From Sulfurospirillaceae bacterium (GTDB lineage Bacteria; Campylobacterota; Campylobacteria; Campylobacterales; Sulfurospirillaceae): a DNA stretch of 64,000 nt. A program made the position numbers and the translations under genes. Positions within the stretch are counted from its first letter, which is position 1. Every line of letters starts with the position of its first letter. Location of the stretch: NCBI GenBank assembly GCA_033723415.1, contig JAWVXD010000009.1, positions 28,805-92,804 of the forward strand, in the 5' to 3' direction. The notes beneath the pieces are model-generated. The model saw nothing but the letters and a program-made list of their open reading frames with translations, was not told the origin of the DNA and searched no databases. Shown here piece by piece: positions 10,776 to 20,267 of the stretch.

Positions 10776-11744
10776 TTATACTATAGGACACCTGACTAAA
10801 TGATTATCTCCGGTATCTTTTAACTCAGGATGTTCATCCAGACAGCTATCTTTTTTGTAAGGACATCTGTTTTGGAAAAAGCAACCCTTCGGCAGATCTA
10901 TCGGACTTTGGATCTCTCCTGTTTTAAGCACGCTTTGTGTCGCTAGCGGAGTATAGATATCCGGGACAGTCGAAAACAGCATTTCGGTATAAGGGTGTTT
11001 GGGTGATTTAAACAGCTCTTCTTTGCTTGCATACTCAACTATCTCACCAAGATACATGACCGCGATATAATCACTAAGATGTTTTACTACACTTATGTCA
11101 TGAGTTATGAAAAGAGTGGTAAGGTTGTATTTTTCTTTTAGATCCATAAGTAGATTTATGATTTGAGCTTGGATAGAGACATCGAGTGCAGATATAGGCT
11201 CATCAGCCAAGATCAGTTTAGGCTCTAGTATCATAGCTCTAGCTATAGCGATTCTCTGCCTTTGTCCTCCTGAAAATTGATGCGGATATCTCTCTAGATA
11301 AGTATGATCTATTCCTACGTCATCACATAGAGATAAGATTTTTTGCATTCTCTCTTTTTTTGTCATTTTGGTGTATATCTTTAAAGGCTGTTCTAAAATC
11401 GTTTTGATCTTCTTTCTAGGGTTCAGTGATGAATAAGGATCTTGGAAGATCATTTGTATATCTTTTTGTATCTTCCCTCGTTGGCTTGGGGTTAGTTTGG
11501 ATATGTCCTGATCTTGAAATATGATCGATCCGTTAGTGGCTTGATGAAGACCCAGGATAACCTTGCCTATAGTTGTCTTTCCGCAACCGCTTTCGCCTAC
11601 CAATGAGAGAGTTTTTCCTTTGTAGATATCAAAATTTACTTTATTTAGAGCATGCAGATCTTTCTTCTCAAACGCTCCTGTTTTGACGCTAAAAACTTTC
11701 TCGACATTATTTACTTCTAGTAATTTTATTTCACTTTGTGGCAA
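10776..11744 (-). CDS. Peptide ABC transporter ATP-binding subunit (DppF/OppF-like)
   Basis: GESGCGKTT, YPHQFSGGQRQR, HPYT, C-terminal Cys cluster. Confidence 0.92.
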   Translation of the reverse strand: MPQSEIKLLEVNNVEKVFSVKTGAFEKKDLHALNKVNFDIYKGKTLSLVGESGCGKTTIGKVILGLHQATNGSIIFQDQDISKLTPSQRGKIQKDIQMIFQDPYSSLNPRKKIKTILEQPLKIYTKMTKKERMQKILSLCDDVGIDHTYLERYPHQFSGGQRQRIAIARAMILEPKLILADEPISALDVSIQAQIINLLMDLKEKYNLTTLFITHDISVVKHLSDYIAVMYLGEIVEYASKEELFKSPKHPYTEMLFSTVPDIYTPLATQSVLKTGEIQSPIDLPKGCFFQNRCPYKKDSCLDEHPELKDTGDNHLVRCPIV

Positions 11745-12682
11745 AATACGATCCTTTTATCTATTTCTTGTTTAGGTGGATAGACATCGCACTGTTCATC
11801 TTTAAACTCACATCTGTTTTTAAAATAACATCCGCTAGGAAGATTGAGAAGGGAAGGCATGATGCCTGATATCTGATATAGCCTCTCTTTATCTTCATTC
11901 ATCTTAGGCAGACACTCTATCAAGCCTTTGGTATAAGGATGAAGAGGATTAAAGATGATGTCATCTTTTGTTCCGTATTCTACGATGCGTCCTGCATACA
12001 TGACGGCGATCTTGTCACATAACTGCGAAACTACTGCTATATCATGAGTGATGAGTATCAAGGATGAATCAAAATCTTTGCTTAGTTTTTTCATAAGATA
12101 TAAGATCTGAGCTTGTATCGTTACATCAAGAGCTGTTGTAGGTTCATCCGCTATCAAAAGTTTTGGATTATTTAAAAGTGCCATAGCGATGACGACTCTT
12201 TGCTTCATACCGCCTGAGAGTTGATGAGGGTAGCTGTTCATCCTTTTTTCTGCTGCAGGAAGACCTACTAATTTTAAGATCTCTACACAGGCTTTAAAAG
12301 CTTCTTTTTGCGAAATTTTTTTGTGGTGATAGAGTATGGTTTCCATCATCTGTATACCGATACTAATGACGGGGTTTAGTGAAGTTTGAGGATCTTGAAA
12401 GATCATAGATATCTCATTTCCTCTGATCTTCTCCAACTCTTTTTCGCTAAGTCCGACTAAGTTCTTACCGTCAAATAATATTTCTCCATCAACGATCTTG
12501 CCCGGCTTATCAATAAGTCCCAATATTGAAAATCCGGTTATTGATTTTCCTGCACCTGATTCTCCGACTATTCCTAGTATCTCGCCTTTTTCTATTGAAA
12601 AGCTGATACCGTCAACTGATTTTACTACTCCATTTCTTGTGAAAAAATGAGTTTTGAGATTATTTACTTCTAAAAGTGCCAT
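11726..12682 (-). CDS. Peptide ABC transporter ATP-binding subunit (DppD/OppD-like)
   Basis: GESGAGKS, YPHQLSGGMKQR, ADEPTTALDVTIQAQI. Confidence 0.92.
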   Translation of the reverse strand: MALLEVNNLKTHFFTRNGVVKSVDGISFSIEKGEILGIVGESGAGKSITGFSILGLIDKPGKIVDGEILFDGKNLVGLSEKELEKIRGNEISMIFQDPQTSLNPVISIGIQMMETILYHHKKISQKEAFKACVEILKLVGLPAAEKRMNSYPHQLSGGMKQRVVIAMALLNNPKLLIADEPTTALDVTIQAQILYLMKKLSKDFDSSLILITHDIAVVSQLCDKIAVMYAGRIVEYGTKDDIIFNPLHPYTKGLIECLPKMNEDKERLYQISGIMPSLLNLPSGCYFKNRCEFKDEQCDVYPPKQEIDKRIVFCHKVK

Positions 12683-12688
12683 TTTTAC

Positions 12689-13546
12689 CTATCTTTTTAA
12701 TCTTGGATTCATGATGTCTCTCATACGATCACCAATCAAATTGATGGAAATGATTAGTAACATTAGAACAATTCCGGGGAATACGGAAGTCCACCAGTAA
12801 CCGCTAAATAAAACTCTATAACCATTTGAGATCAATGACCCTAAAGATGGTTGAGTTATAGGAACACCAAGTCCTAGGAAACTCAAAGTCGCTTCCAGAA
12901 TGATCGCATTGGCTATCCTGACTGTTGCTATGACTATGATCGGAGCTGTTACATTTGGCATTATCTCACCGAAAATGATGCTGAAATTTTTCATCCCAAG
13001 AGCTTTTGCTGATTGAGAGTAGTCTTTTTCTTTCTCAGAAAGTACCACTCCTCTAGCCGTCCTTGCATAATATACCCAGTTAACTATGGTTATGGCTATG
13101 ATGATCTTGCCTACTCCAGCACCCCAAAGTGCCATGATGATAAGAGCGATCAAGATAGCAGGGAAAGAGAGCTGAATATCTGCGATCCTCATGATGATAG
13201 TATCTATCCAACCACCGTAATATCCAGATACCAGACCAGCCGAAAAACCTATGATAACAGATAAGATAGTACTGGCAAGACCAACATAAAGCGAGATCCT
13301 AAGACCATATACAATCGCAGAATATATGTCTCTTCCTTGCCCGTCGGTTCCCAACCAAAAGTTGGAGTTTGGAGCTTGAAAACTATTTTGCAAAAATAAT
13401 TGAGACAGGTCGTAAGGATTTTGATACGAAAAGAAAGAAGGGACAAGTGCAAGTACGGCAAAGATTACAAATACAATCAATCCGATGACTGCTAGCTTAT
13501 CCTCAAAGAATTCCAATACTAATTCACTTTTAAATATATTTTTCAT
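12689..13546 (-). CDS. Peptide ABC transporter permease (DppC-like)
   Basis: LGTDGQGRD, EATLSFLGLG, NLIGD...NPR. Confidence 0.92.
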   Translation of the reverse strand: MKNIFKSELVLEFFEDKLAVIGLIVFVIFAVLALVPSFFSYQNPYDLSQLFLQNSFQAPNSNFWLGTDGQGRDIYSAIVYGLRISLYVGLASTILSVIIGFSAGLVSGYYGGWIDTIIMRIADIQLSFPAILIALIIMALWGAGVGKIIIAITIVNWVYYARTARGVVLSEKEKDYSQSAKALGMKNFSIIFGEIMPNVTAPIIVIATVRIANAIILEATLSFLGLGVPITQPSLGSLISNGYRVLFSGYWWTSVFPGIVLMLLIISINLIGDRMRDIMNPRLKR

Positions 13547-14493
13547 ACTCTAACCCTAGGATCTATAAATGTATAAAGAACGTCAACGATAAAATTGATC
13601 AAAACAAAGATTAGTGAGATCACCAGCAGATAAGCCACGACAACAGGTCTATCTAAACTTTGAATAGAATCTATTATCAGTTTGCCGGTACCTGGCCATG
13701 CAAATATGGTCTCCGTTACTATCGTAAAGGCGACTAATTGTCCAAATTGTATACCTATGATAGTGACAAGTGGAATCAGAGTGTTCTTTAGTGCGTGATA
13801 ATAAACGATAACCTTTCTAGGAACTCCTTTTGCACTGGCTAATTTTATATAATCTTGCATCAATACTTCCATCATGCCAGTTCTTGTAAGACGCAATATA
13901 AGGGCTAATTGAAATATTGATAGGGTAAGAACCGGCATGATAAGATGTTTGATCCCATCCCAGGTAAAAGCACTCGTAAAGAGAAAGACATCTCCCCGAC
14001 CGGAGGAGGGCAGTACTCCAAGTATGACCGAGAATATAAGTACGAGTATCATACCTGTCCAAAAAACCGGCACTGAAATCCCCGCAAGCGAGAAGAACAT
14101 AATGATCCTGCTGATGATGGAGTTTGGTTTTATGGATGAGATGATACCCAAAGGGACTCCCAGAATGATAGAAAATATCATAGCCAAAACAGATAGTTCC
14201 AAGGTTGCAGGAAGTCTTTCAAAAACAATTTTCAAGGCAGGTTCTCCGTATCTAAATGAAGTTCCAAGATTCCCTTTTGCGACATTTTCCAAAAATTTTG
14301 TATATTGGACGATGAAAGATTGATCTAATCCTAGTGCGTGTCTCATCTGAATAACGTCATGCTGCGTTGCATCCGGTGGAAGCATAAGTTCTACGGGGTC
14401 TCCGGCTTTAAACATAATAAAAAAAACTATAAAACTAATAGTAAGCATTACCAAGACTGAGTGAAAGAGTCTATTTAGTATGTATTTTGTCAT
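13543..14493 (-). CDS. Peptide ABC transporter permease (DppB-like)
   Basis: GDPV, LGLD, ERLPATLEL, HALKN, TETIFAWPG, DPRV. Confidence 0.92.
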   Translation of the reverse strand: MTKYILNRLFHSVLVMLTISFIVFFIMFKAGDPVELMLPPDATQHDVIQMRHALGLDQSFIVQYTKFLENVAKGNLGTSFRYGEPALKIVFERLPATLELSVLAMIFSIILGVPLGIISSIKPNSIISRIIMFFSLAGISVPVFWTGMILVLIFSVILGVLPSSGRGDVFLFTSAFTWDGIKHLIMPVLTLSIFQLALILRLTRTGMMEVLMQDYIKLASAKGVPRKVIVYYHALKNTLIPLVTIIGIQFGQLVAFTIVTETIFAWPGTGKLIIDSIQSLDRPVVVAYLLVISLIFVLINFIVDVLYTFIDPRVRV

Positions 14494-15242
14494 CTTTGCT
14501 CCTGCTTTTTTGTCTCTTCGATAAATCTTTGGAAGATTTTCAGCATATCCGGATTATTTTTGGCTGCCATCATCTCAGGATGCCATTGGAGTGAGAGGAA
14601 AAAGTATTCAGGATTTTCGTATTCCACGGCTTCGATTATGCCATCTGTTGAAATTCCAGTGATTTTAAAACCTTGAGGTAGTTTTTTGATAGCTTGATTG
14701 TGAAATGAATTGGTCCAAACTTCATCTTTTTGTAATATTTCATACAAAATGCTCTCTTTCGATATCAGTACTTTGTGCGTTGGAAGATCGGTATTTGCTT
14801 CTTGATCATGTTTTAAGATCACGTTTGGATCGTAGGTTATATCCTGCCATAAAGTACCTCCATTAGAGACGGCAGTTACTTGATGACCTCTGCATATACA
14901 TAAAGTCGGTATTTTTTCTTCTCTTGCTATCTTAGCCAGATTCAGATCAAATGCATCTCTTCTTTTATCGGGTACGGTCATCTTTGCCAGATGCTCTTCA
15001 CCGTACTCTATGGGATCGACACTGACTCCTCCTGAAAAAATAATTCCATCTAGTTTGCTTATTTGCGCTTTCATGACTTCGATGTCATCTACAACAGGCA
15101 AAATATATGGAACACCGCCGGTTTTTAATACCGAGGTTATATAGTCTTCATTTACATAAGCCTTCAAATATCCGTTCAATTTTGGATTGGCGTCTACTAC
15201 CAAACCGCCACTGATGCCTATAATACTTTTTTTCTCTTGCAA
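14490..15242 (-). CDS. Peptidase C26 / gamma-glutamyl-gamma-aminobutyrate hydrolase-like (PuuD-like)
   Basis: DGIIFSGG, ICRG nucleophile elbow, NSFHNQ, LQWHPE catalytic His/Glu. Confidence 0.88.
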   Translation of the reverse strand: MQEKKSIIGISGGLVVDANPKLNGYLKAYVNEDYITSVLKTGGVPYILPVVDDIEVMKAQISKLDGIIFSGGVSVDPIEYGEEHLAKMTVPDKRRDAFDLNLAKIAREEKIPTLCICRGHQVTAVSNGGTLWQDITYDPNVILKHDQEANTDLPTHKVLISKESILYEILQKDEVWTNSFHNQAIKKLPQGFKITGISTDGIIEAVEYENPEYFFLSLQWHPEMMAAKNNPDMLKIFQRFIEETKKQEQR

Positions 15243-15261
15243 TTTAGTATCCTAAATAACT

Positions 15262-15289
15262 TCGTGTCCTCCCCTAAAAGAGGACACGA
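15262..15289 (-). terminator. Intra-operon stem-loop after the binding-protein gene (attenuator or mRNA stabiliser)
   Basis: TCGTGTCCTC-N8-GAGGACACGA perfect 10-bp stem. Confidence 0.6.
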
Positions 15290-15297
15290 GTTGTGAT

Positions 15298-16830
15298 TTA
15301 TTTTATATCAAATGCCCAAATACGGCTATCTGCTCTTGGTTGAAAATGAACTTTTTTGCTTGATGCATATATATCTACTTGAAAATGTAGAGGGATAAAG
15401 CATTGATCATCTACCATTGCTATCTTTTGTGCTTCTTGAAGAACTTTCAATCGCTCTTTTGGAACCATTATAGAAGCTGATTTTTCTATCAATGCATCGA
15501 CTTTAGGATCGGAGAATCTTCCTCTGTTATATCTTCCGTAACCTTTCTTCGCATCATATGAATGAACACATCCATCTAGGATAGAGCTTTGATCGCCATC
15601 GCTGTTTGACCATCCTATAAGGAAAAAGCTTGTATTTAATTTTCCTGTTTCTGCAAAGAATGTAGATTTTGGTGTAGCATTTACTTTTACTCTGATACCG
15701 ATCTTTGCCAAACTTGATGCGACAGCTTGAGCTATTTGAGCATCATTGATATATCTGTTGTTTGGTGAATCCAATACAATGTCAAATCCATTTGGATATC
15801 CTGCTTCTGCTAAAAGTTTTTTTGCTTTTGCAGGATCATATTTTACTCTTTTGATGCTAGGGTCATAACCAAATACGACTTTTGGGCTTAGTTGACCGGC
15901 AGGCTTTGCAAAACCTTTCATGATATATTTTACTATAGCATCTTCATCTATACCATAGTATATAGCTTTTCTTACTCTCACGTCTTTAAGAGGATTTTTT
16001 CCTGTAGGACTTTTGATAAATGGAGAATTGTCTCTGTCTTGGTCCATTTGAAGATAGATGAGTCTAAGACCGGGTTGAACAAAAAAGTTTAATTTACTGT
16101 TTTCTTTAACTCTTTTTACATCGACAACGGGAACTCTGTTTATGATGTCTACTTCACCGCTTAGAATAGCTGCAACTCTTGTTGCATCGTTTGTCAACGG
16201 TTTGAAGATAAGTTTATCGTATGTAGGTTTTCCTGCCCAGTAATTTTCATTGGCAGTCATTTTTATATAATCACCCTTGCTCCAAGCAACTAATTTGTAT
16301 GGACCTGTACCGACTGGGTGCATAGCGATCCATTCGTCGCTTTTTCCTTCAACCGCTTTCTTGTTCATGATTTCCATATAAGTAAGTTTTCTCAAAAATA
16401 CAGGGAATGGACCATCGGTCACAAATTTTACAGTATAATTATCTACTTTTTCACAAGATAGTATAGAACTTAATTTGCCTTTAAAACCGGATTTTGGCCA
16501 GTTTTTCATTCTATTGAATGAAAATACAACGTCATCTGCACCAAAATTCATGCCATTGCTGAATTTTACGCCATGACGAAGTTTCAATATCCATACTGTT
16601 GGCTCAGGATTACTCCAAGAAACAGCAAGATCAGGATGTATTTTGATGTCTTTGTCAAAAGAGACCAAAGCATCAAACATATTTGAAAGTATAGAGTTAG
16701 TAGCAGTTTCATTGTGCCCGTAAGGATCCATATTTAATGCACCTGAGGCTACACCTATTCTGAGGGTTTTTCCAAAACCCAGTGTTCCTAGCAAAGCGAT
16801 TGCCGCAATCGCAACAATGATTTTTTTCAT
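15298..16830 (-). CDS. Family 5 peptide/nickel ABC substrate-binding protein
   Basis: Signal peptide, LRHGVKFSNG, PVGTGPYK, VRKAI, AKKLLAEAGYPNG. Confidence 0.92.
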   Translation of the reverse strand: MKKIIVAIAAIALLGTLGFGKTLRIGVASGALNMDPYGHNETATNSILSNMFDALVSFDKDIKIHPDLAVSWSNPEPTVWILKLRHGVKFSNGMNFGADDVVFSFNRMKNWPKSGFKGKLSSILSCEKVDNYTVKFVTDGPFPVFLRKLTYMEIMNKKAVEGKSDEWIAMHPVGTGPYKLVAWSKGDYIKMTANENYWAGKPTYDKLIFKPLTNDATRVAAILSGEVDIINRVPVVDVKRVKENSKLNFFVQPGLRLIYLQMDQDRDNSPFIKSPTGKNPLKDVRVRKAIYYGIDEDAIVKYIMKGFAKPAGQLSPKVVFGYDPSIKRVKYDPAKAKKLLAEAGYPNGFDIVLDSPNNRYINDAQIAQAVASSLAKIGIRVKVNATPKSTFFAETGKLNTSFFLIGWSNSDGDQSSILDGCVHSYDAKKGYGRYNRGRFSDPKVDALIEKSASIMVPKERLKVLQEAQKIAMVDDQCFIPLHFQVDIYASSKKVHFQPRADSRIWAFDIK

Positions 16831-16832
16831 TT

Positions 16833-17984
16833 TTACTCCTTAAGATTTAGTAATTTACTCATAAATAGGACAAATATTTTAACCCTATAAAGAAGCGATT
16901 CTTTTTTTATGTATTCTTTCTTCGTATGACTAAAGTTGCCGACTGCTCCCAATCCGTCGATCACGGGAATTCCCATCCCTGATATAAAGTTGCCGTCACT
17001 TCCTCCACCTGTGCTTAATTCTTCACAATCATAACCAAGTTGTAGGGAAGCTTCTCTATACAAGTCGTATAATTTTTCAGATTCACTGCTTTTTTCAAGA
17101 GGAGGTCTGTTTAAGACAAGGGTGTAGTTTACTTTTGCATCGACACTGTTTTTTTCATTTAAAATTTTTTCTATACTTTGAAATAACGGATCTTTTTGAG
17201 ACATTTTTGCAAATCTGACATCAACTTCTATCTTACTGTAAGCAGGTACGACATTTCTCGCAACTCCTGAGCTTATGACGTTGCAGCCTACACTGATACC
17301 GTTTGGATAGTCGTTTAGTTTTTCTAGTTTTTGAATGATCTCACAAGATGCCAAGATAGCATTTTTACCTTCCCAAGGAGCTACTCCTGCATGTGCTGGC
17401 AAACCTATGACTTCTATGTCTAAAGTGGCGATGGCTTTTCTGGCAGTTACTATCTCACCGTTTGGACGACCCGGTTCAAATACAAAACCTGCGAGAGCAT
17501 TTTTAAATTGTGTTTCTATGATCTCTCTTGAATCAAGCGAGCCGATCTCTTCATCGGAATTAAAAATTATTTTTATCGGGATATCTGTTTTAGGATAAAG
17601 TTTTTTTAGAAAATATAGTGAATAAAGAGCGACTATCAGTCCGGATTTCATATCATTTGTACCGGGACCTTTTAAAAATTCGCCTGTATCTTCTAGTCTT
17701 TGAAAATCGCTGTGTGGAGGATGCACCGTATCAAAGTGACCGATGAAAGCGTAAAAATCTTTTTTTCGTTCTTTGTCGTATATCAGATGAGGTCTTTCTC
17801 TTTTTTCTGAGTATATTTTCTCGAACTTTATATCTCTTGTGTCTGCAATATTTACTAAAGCTTCCAAAACCTTATCAATACCTTCAGGATTTGCAGAAAA
17901 ACTGTTTATATTCACTATCTCTTCAAAGTCAGAATAAATCTGTGCTTTGTTCTCATCTATCAATTTATTTAAAGTATCTAACAT
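16833..17984 (-). CDS. M20 metallopeptidase (glutamate carboxypeptidase G2-like)
   Basis: GHFDTV, GPGTNDMKSG, DEEIGS, FEP, AHAG, GGGSDGN, SHT. Confidence 0.88.
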   Translation of the reverse strand: MLDTLNKLIDENKAQIYSDFEEIVNINSFSANPEGIDKVLEALVNIADTRDIKFEKIYSEKRERPHLIYDKERKKDFYAFIGHFDTVHPPHSDFQRLEDTGEFLKGPGTNDMKSGLIVALYSLYFLKKLYPKTDIPIKIIFNSDEEIGSLDSREIIETQFKNALAGFVFEPGRPNGEIVTARKAIATLDIEVIGLPAHAGVAPWEGKNAILASCEIIQKLEKLNDYPNGISVGCNVISSGVARNVVPAYSKIEVDVRFAKMSQKDPLFQSIEKILNEKNSVDAKVNYTLVLNRPPLEKSSESEKLYDLYREASLQLGYDCEELSTGGGSDGNFISGMGIPVIDGLGAVGNFSHTKKEYIKKESLLYRVKIFVLFMSKLLNLKE

Positions 17985-18193
17985 GTGAACCTTTGGTTCT
18001 TGGATTTTAAAGATTATCGCCGAATGTAAGTTAATTTTTACTTAATATAGAGACAAAAACCAAATGAAAACATGGGGTGTGTAGAAAATCTACTTAAATG
18101 ATTTTGGATATATGTTAATCATTATAAATACACGTCAATTGCGCCAATTTAAGGTATAATCTCTAAGCAAATATAACACAAAGAGAGTTCAAA

Positions 18194-19087
18194 ATGAAAA
18201 ATATCGTCAAGAAGATAGCGATCACAGGCGGCACGCATGGCAACGAACTAACCGGAGTATATCTTATAAAGAAATTTCTTAAAAAGCCAGATTTAGTGCA
18301 AAGAAAAAACTTTGAGACTATTTTTATGCATACCAATTTGGGCGCTATGAAGCAATGCACCAGATATGTTGAAAAAGATCTAAATCGTACATTTGTGATT
18401 AAAGATCTGGCAGATCCGAGTCTATGTACATATGAAGATATTTTGGCAAAGAGTATCAACCAAAAATTAGGACCCAAAGGTTCATCAAATCCAAATGTTG
18501 ACTTTATCGTTGATCTACATTCAACCACTTCTGATATGGGACTTTCCATAATAATAGACAATGAAAGTGATCTAGTTTGGCAATTGGCATCTTATTTAAA
18601 AGTACATGAACCAAAACTGCATATCTTTAGATGGAAAGGCGATACGCCTGAAGTCGCTTTTGTAAACTCTATAGCCAAAAACGGTTTTGCTGTAGAAGTA
18701 GGTCCGATCCCTCAAGGAGTGTTAAGGGCTGATCTGTTTTTTGAAACTGAAAAACTGGTGCAAAAGATACTGGATTTTTTTGAAAAATACAATGATGATA
18801 AGTTAGAAACTCTTCCAAAGAAAATAGAGATCTACGACCATATAAAACTAGTAGATTTTCCACGAGATGAAGAAGGCGATATCGGTGCTACCGTGCATCC
18901 AAATCTTCAAGACCATGGATATGTAAAGCTTACAAAAGGCGATCCATTATTTGTTGACCTAGATGGAAACGTCATAAATTACGAGGAAGATGATGATGAA
19001 GTTTATGCCCTGTTTATAAATGAAGCGGCATATTATGAAAAAGGCTTTGCTCTTTGTTTGGCAAAGAAAAAAACAATAGATATCTAA
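18194..19087 (+). CDS. Aspartoacylase / aminoacylase-3-like zinc deacylase (AstE/AspA family)
   Basis: GGTHGNE, DLNR, DLHSTT, EVGP, QGVLRAD, FINEAAYYEK. Confidence 0.9.
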   Translation: MKNIVKKIAITGGTHGNELTGVYLIKKFLKKPDLVQRKNFETIFMHTNLGAMKQCTRYVEKDLNRTFVIKDLADPSLCTYEDILAKSINQKLGPKGSSNPNVDFIVDLHSTTSDMGLSIIIDNESDLVWQLASYLKVHEPKLHIFRWKGDTPEVAFVNSIAKNGFAVEVGPIPQGVLRADLFFETEKLVQKILDFFEKYNDDKLETLPKKIEIYDHIKLVDFPRDEEGDIGATVHPNLQDHGYVKLTKGDPLFVDLDGNVINYEEDDDEVYALFINEAAYYEKGFALCLAKKKTIDI

Positions 19088-19102
19088 TCAAAGGACTTGT
19101 AT

Positions 19103-20266
19103 ATGCAATTTTCGGCTCCGTTAAAATCAAATTCAAAAAAAATAATGCTGTTAGGTTCCGGTGAGCTTGGCAAAGAAGTCATCATAGAAGCCCAAAGACT
19201 AGGTTTGGAGACTATAGCGGTTGACAGATACCAAAACGCTCCAGCTCATCATGTGGCTCATAGAAGTTATGTCGTGAACATGCAGGATAAAGAGGCAGTG
19301 TTGGAGATAATAAGACGTGAAAGACCGGACTTCATTTTGCCTGAAATCGAAGCTATAAGTATTCAGGCACTTTATGATGCCGAAGCCGAGGGATTTAATG
19401 TCATCCCAAATGCCGATGCTGTAAACAAAACGATGAATCGCAAGAACATCCGTCGTTTTGCGGCAGAAGAGCTTGGATTGAAAACGGGTCCTTATGAATT
19501 TGTGAGTACATTGGAAGGATTAAAAGATGCGAGCGCAAGACTCGGTTTTCCTTGCGTCATCAAGCCTGTCATGAGCAGCTCCGGACATGGGCAAAGCGTA
19601 GCACGAAAAGCAGATGATATAGAGAGATCTTGGGAGATGGCAAAAGAGGCCAGGGGTGATGCAAGTGAATTGATAGTCGAAGCATTTATTGATTTTGATT
19701 ATGAGATTACGATGCTGACCGCGCGCAATGGCAAAGAGACTGTTTTTTGCGAGCCTATCGGTCATGAACAGCGTGATGGAGATTATGTTTTTTCCTGGCA
19801 ACCGATGCAGATGAGCGAGAAGGCAAAGAAAAGTGCGCAGGAGATAGCAAAAAAGATAACAGACGGTCTGGGCGGTCGCGGAATATTCGGCGTAGAGATG
19901 TTTGTAAAGGGTGATGAAGTTTATTTTAGTGAAGTCAGCCCTCGTCCTCATGACACAGGTATGGTCACTCTAATCACACAGAGTCAAAGTGAATTTGCAC
20001 TTCATCTACGTGCCGTACTTGGACTTCCTCTCGGGTTTACATTTTATGGAAACGGTGCCAGTGCGGCATTTAAGTCTGACAAAGATTCACATGCTCCGTT
20101 GATCGATGTTGATGATACTTTGTTTTCTACTGATTCATTTGTGAGAGTTTTCTCAAAGCCTGAATCGCACAAAGGACGCCGCATGGCAGTTGTCCTTGTT
20201 TTTGACAAGGTAGATGCGGCATTAAAAAAAGCCAGAGCGTTGATCACTAAGATCAAGGATATATAG
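19103..20266 (+). CDS. purT: Formate-dependent phosphoribosylglycinamide formyltransferase
   Basis: [40 protein letters not shown]. Confidence 0.97.
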   Translation: MQFSAPLKSNSKKIMLLGSGELGKEVIIEAQRLGLETIAVDRYQNAPAHHVAHRSYVVNMQDKEAVLEIIRRERPDFILPEIEAISIQALYDAEAEGFNVIPNADAVNKTMNRKNIRRFAAEELGLKTGPYEFVSTLEGLKDASARLGFPCVIKPVMSSSGHGQSVARKADDIERSWEMAKEARGDASELIVEAFIDFDYEITMLTARNGKETVFCEPIGHEQRDGDYVFSWQPMQMSEKAKKSAQEIAKKITDGLGGRGIFGVEMFVKGDEVYFSEVSPRPHDTGMVTLITQSQSEFALHLRAVLGLPLGFTFYGNGASAAFKSDKDSHAPLIDVDDTLFSTDSFVRVFSKPESHKGRRMAVVLVFDKVDAALKKARALITKIKDI

Positions 20267-20267
20267 A

